DNA of 64,000 nucleotides from a virus (Duplodnaviria; Caudoviricetes): IMG/VR virus record IMGVR_UViG_3300032328_000860, positions 32,001 to 96,000 of that record; one strand, 5' to 3'. Shown piece by piece: positions 41,486 to 53,400 of this stretch (position 1 is its first letter; each line of letters starts with the position of its first letter). The notes under the pieces were generated by a model. It saw only the letters and a program-made list of their open reading frames with translations, ran no database searches and was not told where the DNA came from. The position numbers and the translations under genes were made by a program.

Positions 41486-44400
41486 CTACCCACGCATCAC
41501 ACTACTAATATCTGGACCGAATATGCCTTCTCCTAGTTGACCTACTCCTCTATTCATATTGCTTACTGCGGATGTAACTCTATCGTTTGCTGCTTGTGAA
41601 GCAAATTGATTTAGACTACTGATTTGATGACTATCTATAGGTGCCTCTAATTTGCCTTGTACTGTGGTATTGACTTGGCCGGTAACGTTGTATTCTACCT
41701 TAGTGTCTCTTATATTATCAGCCACTGTTTGAAATCTACTGCTTGTATCAGCCATATTTTGAGCAACCTGTGTGCCTCCTTCCACAAATGATCCAACTGC
41801 GCTACCAATACTGCCTGCCACCTCTGACATAGCCGGAATAGTAGACATTAGGTCATTGACCGTTTTCTGTAAACCGGCTACTGCGGACGCTATACCATTA
41901 GTATCGACACCAATACTACTAGATACACCACTAGAAGCTGAACCTCTTGCCATCCCACCTTCAGCATAATATTTAGGAGGACTAACTAAACCACCATTAG
42001 CCAAATACTGTACAATGCCTCCCTGATTATAATAGCCACTATTAATAGCGTTTAGTATGGGCATATGTTGTTGAGTCGCTTGACGATTAACCACGAATTC
42101 ACCAGGAGTTAACATAGCCGGAACGGTGTCTGTACTTTGATTTTGTGCCGATATTAGCGCTCCGTTATTAGCATATACTATTCCTCCTTTAGCAAAAGGA
42201 GTGTATTTTTTTTGTTTTAGCTTATCAATTAAGCCTAGTTTTTGGGCTTCTTCTAATGGTATACTATATAATATAGTTCCACGTCTCCTGCCGGAAGGGT
42301 CGTCCCCATAAACTTGAAACATTTTTCTATTGGTGTCTCCGGCTAGTTTTTGTTCAACAACACCAAAGGTTTTAGATTCTCTTACTGTATAAGGCACGTA
42401 ATCGTTAATATACTCATTTGTCCCATACAAACTATGCGATCTGGAAAGACCTACACCACTACTTATCTTTGGTGAATTCCCAGATGCCATCCTAGCCTCA
42501 TGACTAGATAATGCTACTTCTTCAAGCTTTCTAGAAACAGATCGCGCATTTTTTGTTGCTCCTGAGCCACCTCCGTATGTTCTATAATCATTTGGTACTC
42601 CAATATCCATTAATTCGTCCCACTCTTGTAAATATCGAGTATATTCTTTTGAAGATACATTATCTCTAAATCTTAATCCTTCAGCTTCTCTTCTTGCTTT
42701 TTCTAAAGCTTCAGAAGTTACATTGGTTACCTTCGAAGCGGCCTGTGTTTTTGGTTTCTGTTGTATAGTAGCTTTGGTTTTGTTAGATGGAGCTAAGTCT
42801 GGTCTACGACGAGACAGTTCTTTAACATTAAACGTATTTCCTCCTCTCCAAGTATCAATTAAGTCTGTATGCGAATATCCTTTTTTCAGACCCTTATTAT
42901 AAGACTCTAAAGCTTTTTCGTCAGATGCTAATTCTAGCATTCTATTAAATTTCGTCTGTAGCCCAGGATCTAAATCTCTATTTATCGGCAAGTCAGAATG
43001 TAGCCATTTGCTTCCTTGTCCTTTGAATGATTTTATATCATCTAAACTAATAGCTGTTCCTGGCTTAACTCCCATAATATCATATATTGTTGCTTCTTTA
43101 CGGGATAGTTGTGTTATTAGAGACTCTCTGGTCCTGGTTATTGCTGGAGCATCAACACTAGAAGTATTCGGTTTAATTCCCTCCCCAGCTTTCTTAGCAT
43201 TTCTATCAACTGTTAGTGTGGCTGGATCTGCTTTTGTTTTTTGTTCAGCTGCTTGTTTTTCTTTTGCTCTCATCTCAGTATCTTGTTTAGCTTTTGTTTG
43301 AGCGTTATCAACATCGGGAGTTGCTTGTCTTTTAGGTTTATTTCTAGAATTTTGTGCTAAAATATCGTCTACCTGTTTTTGTACCGCCGCATCTGCTGCA
43401 CTTAATGGTTGAGAAGAAATGGTGTAATCGTCAATCTGTCCTGTTCTTGGCGGAACAGTCCATGCCTCACCAGGTTTTCCTGTGCTGAAGTTTGCTGCTC
43501 CTGGTTGTCTCATTTTGTCTAATTGTTTTTTAACAAAATTTGTCCTATTATTGCTAGCTGCTGATACTCTATCAGGATCCATTATAACTCTTGCTCTTGA
43601 TAATCCTCCTTTAAGGTTTCCTCCGGGCATTGTGCCGGATCTTTCAAAAGCATCAAGACCTTTAGCTCCTCTGGCTGAACGTCCTCTAAATGGTATGTCT
43701 AAATTGTTAGCGAATGATGCTGCTTGATCTAGTGCTGAATTAATACCAGTTTGTTTGCCTATGTCATATAAGAAATTGCCAATCGGTTTAGCTACAGAAG
43801 AAACGACAGACCCCACAGGGTTGGCTATAGAATTGATTGCTCTGGCTCCTCGGCCAGCATTAACTACATCATCAACTTTTCCGGCTACTTTAGCAGCTCC
43901 GGAAACTATGCTGCCAGGATTAGCAAGAGCGTTGTCTATCATACTAAATCCTTTAGCTGCTTTACCTAGTACTGAAGTCCCAGTAGATAATCCTGCACCA
44001 GCAGCCATTTGGGCCCCTTGACTAGCAGCAAAACCAACAGTTTGGCCAAATTCTGTAACAAAAGCGCCGGTTTCTCCAAAACCTTCTCTAGCAATATTAA
44101 CTCTTTCAGCATCTCCTTTTTGTAAAGCGGTTTGTTCACCAGATTGTATAGGACCTTGACCAGCTAATGCTTGTCCTAATTCTACGAGGCTATATCCTCC
44201 TTGTGCCATAGCTTGTAATCCAACAGAGGCTCCAGCCGCTGCTGCTGATTCTCCTTTATAATCAGATTTTTGGGCTTGTGCTAATGCGGCATTTTGGTCT
44301 GTTCCCTTGGGTCCTAATACTCCTGCTTTTGCTTGTTTTTCCTGAATGACTCTAGTTTGTTCCGTTAGTCTTTTTGTTCTTTCTGACTCTCCAGACACAG

Positions 44401-47400
44401 TATCCATGCCTAATCCTATAGCTGCACCAAAAGCAGCAGCACCAACTCCGGCTGCTACATTAGCGGCTCCATAAGCAGCACGACCTGTTGCCTCTCCAAC
44501 TCCGCCAACATAACCCAACCCGGATACTAGCCAATTGCTACTATTAATCCATTGACCCTGACGTTTTTGCTCTTCTTCTGCTGCTTGTTGTTTTTGTTTT
44601 TCGACTTGTTGAGCTTGTGCTTTTGCTTGAGCCTTAATTTGTTCGGATATTTTAGCTTCAGAGGCTTGCACTTGTGCCATTGCTGCTGCATTTGAGGCTG
44701 TTGGTTGTTCTGATTGTAATGGCTTAACCCCCGGCGTTATTCCCGTTCCTGTATTGTCAGACGCTGATTGCTCTCTCAATAATCTATCAGCAGCAGCTCT
44801 CTTAGCACCAGCTTTAGATGCAGCGACCAAAGGATTTCTAGAGCCTTTAGACTCAATAGCATCAGCTTCTTTAATCATACTATTATATTGATCACGAACC
44901 GATTGATTGCTAGCATTAGCTGTGGGGGTGGCCGGTTTTGCTGTGGGCGCTACTGGATCTGTGGCTTTTATAGCAGATGATTTTGTATCTATCACGGCGG
45001 GGATCGGAGCAGAAGGTGTTGTTTTGGCTGTTTCTGTTGGTTTTTTACCAGCAGATTGTCTAATAGCCTCCATCCTTCTTTGTCCTGCTTTATATCCGGC
45101 CTCTTCAGCAGCATCTCTAAATGGTTTTCCTGTGCGTGGATTATTTCTAGTTCTAGCGTCTTCATCAGCTTTTTGTCTGGCCGCCGCTTTTGATCTTGCG
45201 TCACCAATAAAAGATTGTACTTCATCCTCTCTCTTTTTAATTATAGTTTTATATTCACTATCTGATTCTGTTGCTCTTTTTTTAAGTTCTTCTGATTTTG
45301 TTTCCAGTTCTTGTTGACGAGCAATGTCTGGCTTTTGGTATAGATAGGGCCATTTTTGTTTTCTAAAATCTTCTAATTCTCCACCCATCCAAGCTCTTGT
45401 TGCTTCTCCTGGTGTTACAGTCATCTGGGTAAGTGGATCTTTACCTACATATGTGCCTATCCACTCTCCTTTAGTAGAATCGTATTTTTTTCCTAGTGCA
45501 TCTTCTACCATCCAGGCTTCGTCTAATTTATCTTTTCCTGATAATATACCATTTGGTAATTCTTCAAATTCATCTACTTTGCCATCTTTATTAGAGTCTA
45601 GCATTCTTCTTGCTGTTTCTCTATTGTGTTCTGTATTCCAAGAACGCTCAAATTTATTTCCATAAGGACTGGTATGACGACCTTCTCTCTCATGTCTTTC
45701 AAAATTAACATTAATATTATCTTCTGGAGAAAATAAGTCTGGAGTATATAATTTATTATTTTCACTGGCGATAATTCTATCTAGAGCTTCAGCTTCCGAT
45801 AGCTTTTCTTCTTTTATAAGTCTATCGATTTCTGCTTTTGCTCTACCTCTAAAATCACTCATTTGATTTCTTATAGCGTCAACATTACCTTTTCCAGGAT
45901 ACGGAGCATTATTTGGATTATTCATACTAGATGCCCAATCAGCCCTATTTTTAGCTTCTAGTTGTCTTTGTTGTTTTTCTTCTACTGTTGGTAATCTAGC
46001 TTCTTTTTGAGATTGAACCTGAGATCGTCTTTGAGCCATCATTGTTTTTCTTTGCTCAAATCTTTTACGATTTTCTGCTCTTATAGCTTCACGAGGATTT
46101 TTAGGAACCGAACCACCATCAGCTAAATAAGATACTTCTTCACCTTTAGAGTATTTATTACTATTTATAGCCTCTAATAGTGGTAAGTGTTTTGCTGTAG
46201 CATTAGCATTAATAACATATTCGCCGGGAGTTAACATGGCTGGTACGGTATCACTGCCCCTAGGACTAAAATCAACTAAAGCTCCCTTAGAAACCATCAT
46301 AGGAGCCATCGGCTTAGGTATTCCATAATTTAGAGCTACCATACCAGCAGGAGCACCTTTAGCGCCAACATCCAAGCCCATACTAGCATTAATAGTATCT
46401 GTTAGATTTTTAATACTCAAATTCAAATCGTCTGTTGCTGTAGTAAGTAGTCTTTGGGCATTAGCTAATTCTAAGCGACCTTGTTCTTCTGTTGCTTTTG
46501 CTTGTAAACCAACAGTTTGCAAAAATTGTTCGGAAGCTCTTTTCATTGCCGGATCAGCATTAGGATCCATTTTGGCTGCTATGGCTTGTTGTACCATTGG
46601 GTTGCCACTAAGTCCGCTCTCTCTAGCCATTTGAGTCATAAGAGTAGCTTCTTGCTGTCTAAATCTCTGATCAATATCAACATCAGACATTCCCTGCTGA
46701 TTTTTCATGTTTAATCTAAGCATGGCTCTAAAGTTAGGATCTTGCATTAGTCCCAGTGTTTCTTTACGCTGATCGGCTAATACAGTATTGCCTGCTTTGG
46801 AAGCTTCTCTGACGCTACCAGTACGTCTAAGAGTCTCGTTAAAAGCTTTACGAGCATCTCTTTGGTTATCGGGATTATTTAATCCGCCAGATAGATTTCT
46901 TTGTAATCTTACCATTGCATTATTAAGATTTTCCATCTCTTCAGGCGTACTAGTTAATAACTTATTCACAAAGTCTTCACGACCTTGTTGTAGTCCTTTG
47001 ATATTTTTAACTTCATCTAAAGCTTTTTGAGCTAATTCAGCACTATCTGCTAATTTATCTAGTGCTTCTCTGTTATTATTAAGAGCAGTATTAGTAGCAG
47101 TTAAATTTGTCGTTAGTTTTTTGGCTTCGTCAACGTCTCCGGCATCATTAGCTTTTTTAAGATCTTCTTGCTGTTGCTCTCTTTGTTTTTCTAGATTTTG
47201 TATACTTTGACGAATAGCGGTCGGATCAGTAATACCACCAGTTAATGCTCCTACTTCTTGATCAAATCTAGCCTTAGCTTCATCAAAGCTTTCTCCCACA
47301 CCAGTTTGTGCTTCTCTAAGATCCATACTTCCGCGATATCTAATCTTATCAGCGCTCTTAAAATAATTTTCAGCTAATTTAGCCGCTTTTGCTGCTTCTT

Positions 47401-50400
47401 GAACATTTTCGATGAATTGATTAAATGCTCTTTGTCTTTCTTTTAGCAAGGCAACGCTCTCTGCTACTGCTCGTGCTCCGATTTCTCCCAGAGATTTACT
47501 AGTATCTCTTATAGAATCAATAAACTTATCTAATGCGGCTTGTTGATCTCCTCCGGACTCCTGCATATCCTTATTAAGTTGTTCTTGACTACTATTAATA
47601 TTAGCCTCAAGCTGTTTGATTAATTGAGAGGTCACTTCTGGAGGAAGATTAAGATTTTTTATCTCTTGTATACCGGTTTCTTTTGCTATGTCGGCGGCAG
47701 CTTCGGCTCCTGATTTGCCATCTAATTCCAAATTTTTATTATTCTTTAGCTTCTCAGCAATAGCATTAGTCATTTTGTCAGGAAGTTCCACAGAAGCTAT
47801 TGCAGCTCCTCGTAGCATTTGACCTTGCTTACCTCCTAGCATATTTGCAGCACTATCTGCTGCTGATCTAAACGCTTTAGGATCATTTTTATATGCTAAT
47901 GGATTTTCTAATACATTAATGGCTTTTGAATCAAGTTCTTCGATACTAGCATTTCCTCTAAGAGCATTAACGCTTGATGCGGTGGCTTGCTGTCTAGCTT
48001 TAGATTCAAACTGTATTCTATTTATAGACTGACCGATAGTGTCATATAATTGATTAAAACTAAGAGCTAATTGTCTACCTGCCCTATTGGCCTCTTCCAT
48101 AGCTTTAGCTAATTCTATAGATTTTTTAGCCGCTTGGATAGAAGCATTGTTTCTTATCCTCTCAGAAATAATAGCTTCTCTATCTCTTAGCTTTTGATTT
48201 GCTGCTGCTTCGTTACCAGACTTTCTAAGTTCTTCTTCCCTAGCCATTAAAGGTAGTATTTTTTCTAATGCTTCTCTATCAGATCCTACTATGGCCATTC
48301 TTTCATTAGCATATTCCGGTGCCGTAGCTAAATCTTTTCCTTCTTGACCACTTAAGGCCACACCAGAACGAAGAGCCCGCTCCACATTGACCATAGCTGC
48401 TCTATTAGCTTCTTGATACTTTGGAGCCAAATCTTTCGCCATAGTCTCATAATCTTTGCCTGTTAAAGAAAAACTATTCACAGACTCTGGTTTAAATGTA
48501 GTATCTCCCTCGCCTAGCATTGGAGCAATAACACTGGATTCCCCAGCCCATTCCATCCAAGTTCTCTCCGATTTTTTACGGTCTATAACTTGATTACGTA
48601 CAGTATTAAATGTATTATTAAATACTTCATTATTATCTTTGATATTTTCTTGTAATTTAGTATTAACTAAATTTTGTAGATCAACATTATTAACATCTTT
48701 GGATAAATTATCCAAAGCTTTACCTAATGCTTCGCTAGAGTTTTCTGCTTTTCTATTAGATTCTCTTAGAGCAAATTCTAACGCAGCTTCTGTAGCGGCT
48801 TTTACTCCGTCCACCCATGCTTTTATCGCGGTCGTACCAAGAACTATTGCCGCTATAAACGGACCAACACCAGGTATAACAGCTAATGAACTAGCTGTTG
48901 CTATTCCTGTGGCAAAAGTAGACGCTCCAGCCTCAAATCCTGCGACATTTGATGCATTATTAATATTAGTATCTTTCTTGCCAAAAAAACTTTCACCTTG
49001 ACCAGCCAACATACCCACTGCCATACTACCATAAAAACCAACATTACCCCCAACCACACCTCTCATACCTCTACTAAAACCTGATTGATCAAGCTTAGCC
49101 ATAGCCATTTGAGCTTTATTCATAGCTGCTCTAGTACTATCCATAGCTCTAGATAATAAAGACGAGCTTTGTTCAGCCGTTTTTGTTCGTCTATATAAGC
49201 CACCCCAAGCATCTGCCACTCTTCTTTCAGCGGCAGCTTTGGCATCAGAAATCGATATATTTTTATCTATACTTCTAATTTGTTTTACTATTGCTGCTAC
49301 TTGTTTCTCTTGAGCATCAGCAACCATGTTGGCAGCTTTTTGATCTCCTGTTTCAGCCTTATTTATTGTAGCAAAAGCAACAGGTCCGGTAGATATACCT
49401 GTTGAGGCTTGCATAGCCTTTACTCTGTTAAGAACTTCTGTAGCCTGTTCGGGAGCCATGCCAGATGTAGAATCTTTAAGTATGTTAGTTTGTGCTTTTT
49501 TAGCTATACTTTCTCTTTGAGAAGTAGATAATGGCCCACCGATAGCATCCTCAGCCTTTTTAACTAATTCATTAAATAACTTAGTAAAACCAGCATTAAG
49601 CTTGGTGATTGCTTCTTCTGCTGATTTTGTCACAGGATCGAATGATGCGACGGCCTCAGCCATCTTTTCTGGTTTTCCTCCACTAGCAAACCTTTGAACA
49701 GCTCCTCCAGATTTTAATCCTAATGCTTTAGTTGCTTTTTCTCTTAGTATAAAACTACCAACTGGTAAATTGGCAGGAATACTGTCGCTAGTACCGCTTC
49801 CCGGCCCCTTGAATATGCTGATACCTCCATTAGAAAAACCTGTCATACCATTAGTATCGGCTCTATTCATTTTATATAAAGTATTAGAACCAATTCTTTT
49901 AGCAATATCTGGAGGGATATAGGCTTCACCATTACTAACTAATGCAGGAACGGAGCCTCCTGCTGCTAATCTCTTTGTTTTCTGTAATTTTTTTAATAAT
50001 GATGGATCAATATTTGGACCATACTTATATAATAGATTATTAGCCATATCATCAGCAGCAGCTTCTAAATCTTTTAAATTAGATGGTTGTTTGAAATCGC
50101 TATAGTTTCCAACATTATCTCCTTCTTGTTTTAAACCTCCCATTAAATTATAGCCAAATCCACGAGTACTTTTCCTCTTGCTGATTCTAAAATTAATTTG
50201 TGGATATTTTTCTAATATTTTTTTCTTCATATCTTCAAAGTTTGCCTGACCATCTACTCCTCCACCAAAAGCAAATTGTTGAACACTCATTCTAAGATTT
50301 TTATTTCCAAATAATTCATTGAATCTTGCAGACTCAATTTTAAATTTGGATCCTGGAAATAACGTAAACTCTTCCTCTGATTCTGGAGGTTTCATAGAGT

Positions 50401-53400
50401 AAGTTTTCATTTTTCCGGTTCTTGGATCGATCTCTTGTTTTGTTTTATCGATTTTTCTCCCTGATAATCTCTGAACAACATCAACACCCTTAGTATTTTT
50501 CTTAGTACTAATATCCAACATAGCACCCCAATTATCTTCACCTCTTTCTGCATTATCTAGAAACAATTTAGCTTTAGCAAAATTTTTACTAGTAGATAAT
50601 AAATTAGATGATTTAAATGTTTTACCTATCAAAGTTGCTATGTTTTTAGGATCTTTATTAAATCCAGTCTGTTCTGCCATTGAATCAAAAGCTGTTCTCG
50701 ATATTGCACTGTATAATTGTGATGGAGCGGCTGATCTTAAAGACCTTAGATCTTTTAATTGTGATGCGGCAATTTTTCTTTGCTCTGATGTCATCTTTTT
50801 CTTATTTTCTGGAGATAGTGCCGCTCCACCAACTAAAGATTCTCCTTTATAAAATTTTTCTAAAGTATCAACAGCTCCACCATTTGCAAACTGAGATCGT
50901 CCAAATCTTGCTCTTGCTTCTAAACGACCTCTATCAAATTGGCCTTCTGTTACTTTTCTTGTAGCTGCCGATTTTGTTGCTCTGTTGGTGGCATCAGTCA
51001 TTACTCCAGGTTCAACACCAAGTAAACTAGCTATTTTAGGATTTAAACCAGATGGGAAGTCTATAGCAATGGCTGATGGATCATAATTAACATTAGCAGC
51101 ACCCAAGCCTCTTTCAAAAATAGCTCCAGCGATATCTTCTATATCTTTAGATGATATACTTCTTATATCTTTTCTATTTCTTGTTCCTGTTGTTCCAGCA
51201 GCCTTCGCTATTTGAGTTCCAACATCTGCTACCAATCTTTCTATTCTGTTCCTTATTAATGCTTGAACTCTTTTTGCTACTGCAGAAGGCAGGGCTCCTG
51301 TTTGTAATGTAACTGGCACACCTCTTACTGATGTTCCACTATCATCTTTAGCTCCTGCTGTCATAATCTCTGAAGATGTTCTTTCTCCAGTTAGACCCAC
51401 AACAGCAACAGACCTATTTGATGCTAAAGCTGAATTCTTTTCTAGTTGTTGAGCTTCTATTCCTCTGGCAGCCATAATATCAGCAAATAGTTTCTTTTTA
51501 ATTGCTGATTCTTGTGGATTTAATGCTTTGCGTTTCTTAAGAATATCTCTAGTTGTAAAGGCACCAGATATTCCTAGTCTATCAGCTTCTTTCAAAATTT
51601 CACTGGGCAACATTTCTTCCAAACTTTTGGGTGTTCCACCAATACCAAATCTTTGAATTAATCCTCCTAGATTTTTTGATACTCTATTGATTCTTGGACC
51701 TTTAGACCTCATAGCTTCAAGAGCCGGAGTTTTAGACCCTCCTTCTGTAAACACCATATTTTGCACAGGGATGCCAAATAGCTCATGAATATGCTCTGCT
51801 ATTCCAGGAACTCTTTTTGATTTAGAAATTATAGAAAGACTTCTAGGAGATATTACGCCTTTTTTGATTAGTTCTTGTAATTGTTTACCAAATTGTGTGA
51901 GTCGTGCTGTTTTTGCATCTTTTAGTCGTGCTGATGGGTCTCTAAAAAATTTCATTAATACAGCTTCTTTTTGAGACTCTGTTTTAGCACTACTATAAGC
52001 CTTATCTCCTAGGGTTCTCTGTAATGTTCTATCATAATCAAGTGCCCCTCCTCTATTTTTTATAATCTCATATAATGGAGATCCCTGTTTGAGTCCTGGT
52101 ACAGGAAGCATGGAGCCTAGGGCGTTTGGAAGATCGTCTACTAATGGGAAACCTCCTATACTTTTACGTTGAAGCTTTGATCTGGGTCTATTAGACCTAC
52201 TCAATACCTCTCTCATTGGTCCGGTAATCGCTCTACGAGTATTTCCTGCAGCATAGGCACTAATTTCATTGAATCCCTTTAATAATTGCTTAGCTTTAGA
52301 AGATTTTTGTCCAAGAGTTTCATTAACGGACTGTGTTAGTAATCTAGGAAGAATCGTTCCAACTTCAGGGTCAGTATCAAAAAATTTTCCACTCTGATTT
52401 TTAACTTTTTGACCTAATTTTTTACGAATGTTATCCCAATTCTCATTCAGAACACCATATGCTGGACTGTTTGAGCGCTTATGAAATCTATATTTCTTTT
52501 TATTATCTAAAAGAGTTTTAAAAACCTGATTTCTTTCTATATATTTACCTAATGTATCTGAAAAAGCACCCCAATTATCCTTTTTTGATTTATTCCAATT
52601 TAGATTCCAATTTGCTGGCAAATCTAATCCCATATTTGTATATAAAAGACTAAGATTTCCTTGGTCTTTCTTTTTAGATAGTGCTTTTAAAGCAGGGGGG
52701 ATATTGATGCTCAGAGCAGAATGCAAGTGAGTAAAATTCTTTTTTCTTCCAGTCGGTAAATCCGATGGAATATCAGCTGGTTCTGGACTCCACTCTGCTC
52801 TTTTTTTCTTTGTTGTTGTTTTACTTGATCCTCCAATAGCATATCTATTCATTCTATGAAGATTAGCAGCACCTATTGCTTTTACCGCCTGTTTACGTAC
52901 TACAAATTCTCCAGCACTTAACATAGCGGGTACGGTATCTCCTTCTCCACTTCCGGGAACTAATCCTCCAGTTGCAAATTTGCGTATTATGCCTCCGGAA
53001 CTTTTTTTACCTGGTCTTGCTGCTCCTATAAATCCAGCAGCAAATTGTGTTAATGCAGACGCTCCTTTAAATGCCGCTAATACTCCTAGTACTGGTATAA
53101 TTCCTTTAACGCTATCTGCAACTTTGATTAAAGCACTAGTTAGATCAAGCGCTCCTCGTACCATAGTTTGAAAACCTTTAGAGCTACCAATCTCTCTAAA
53201 CAAAGCAAAAAATTCTTCTTTTACTTTAGTAACTTTATTAGCTAAAGACTCTTGTGCTTTAGCAGCATCTAATGCCAATGATCCTTGTCCTCGTTGTGCT
53301 ACTTTTAATGCTTCTTGAGCAGTTGTAAACTGTTGAATAAGGGGGATAACCTTACCAATCTGTCGGAAGCCGCCTAGTTCTTCTACTATTTGTGAAAACT

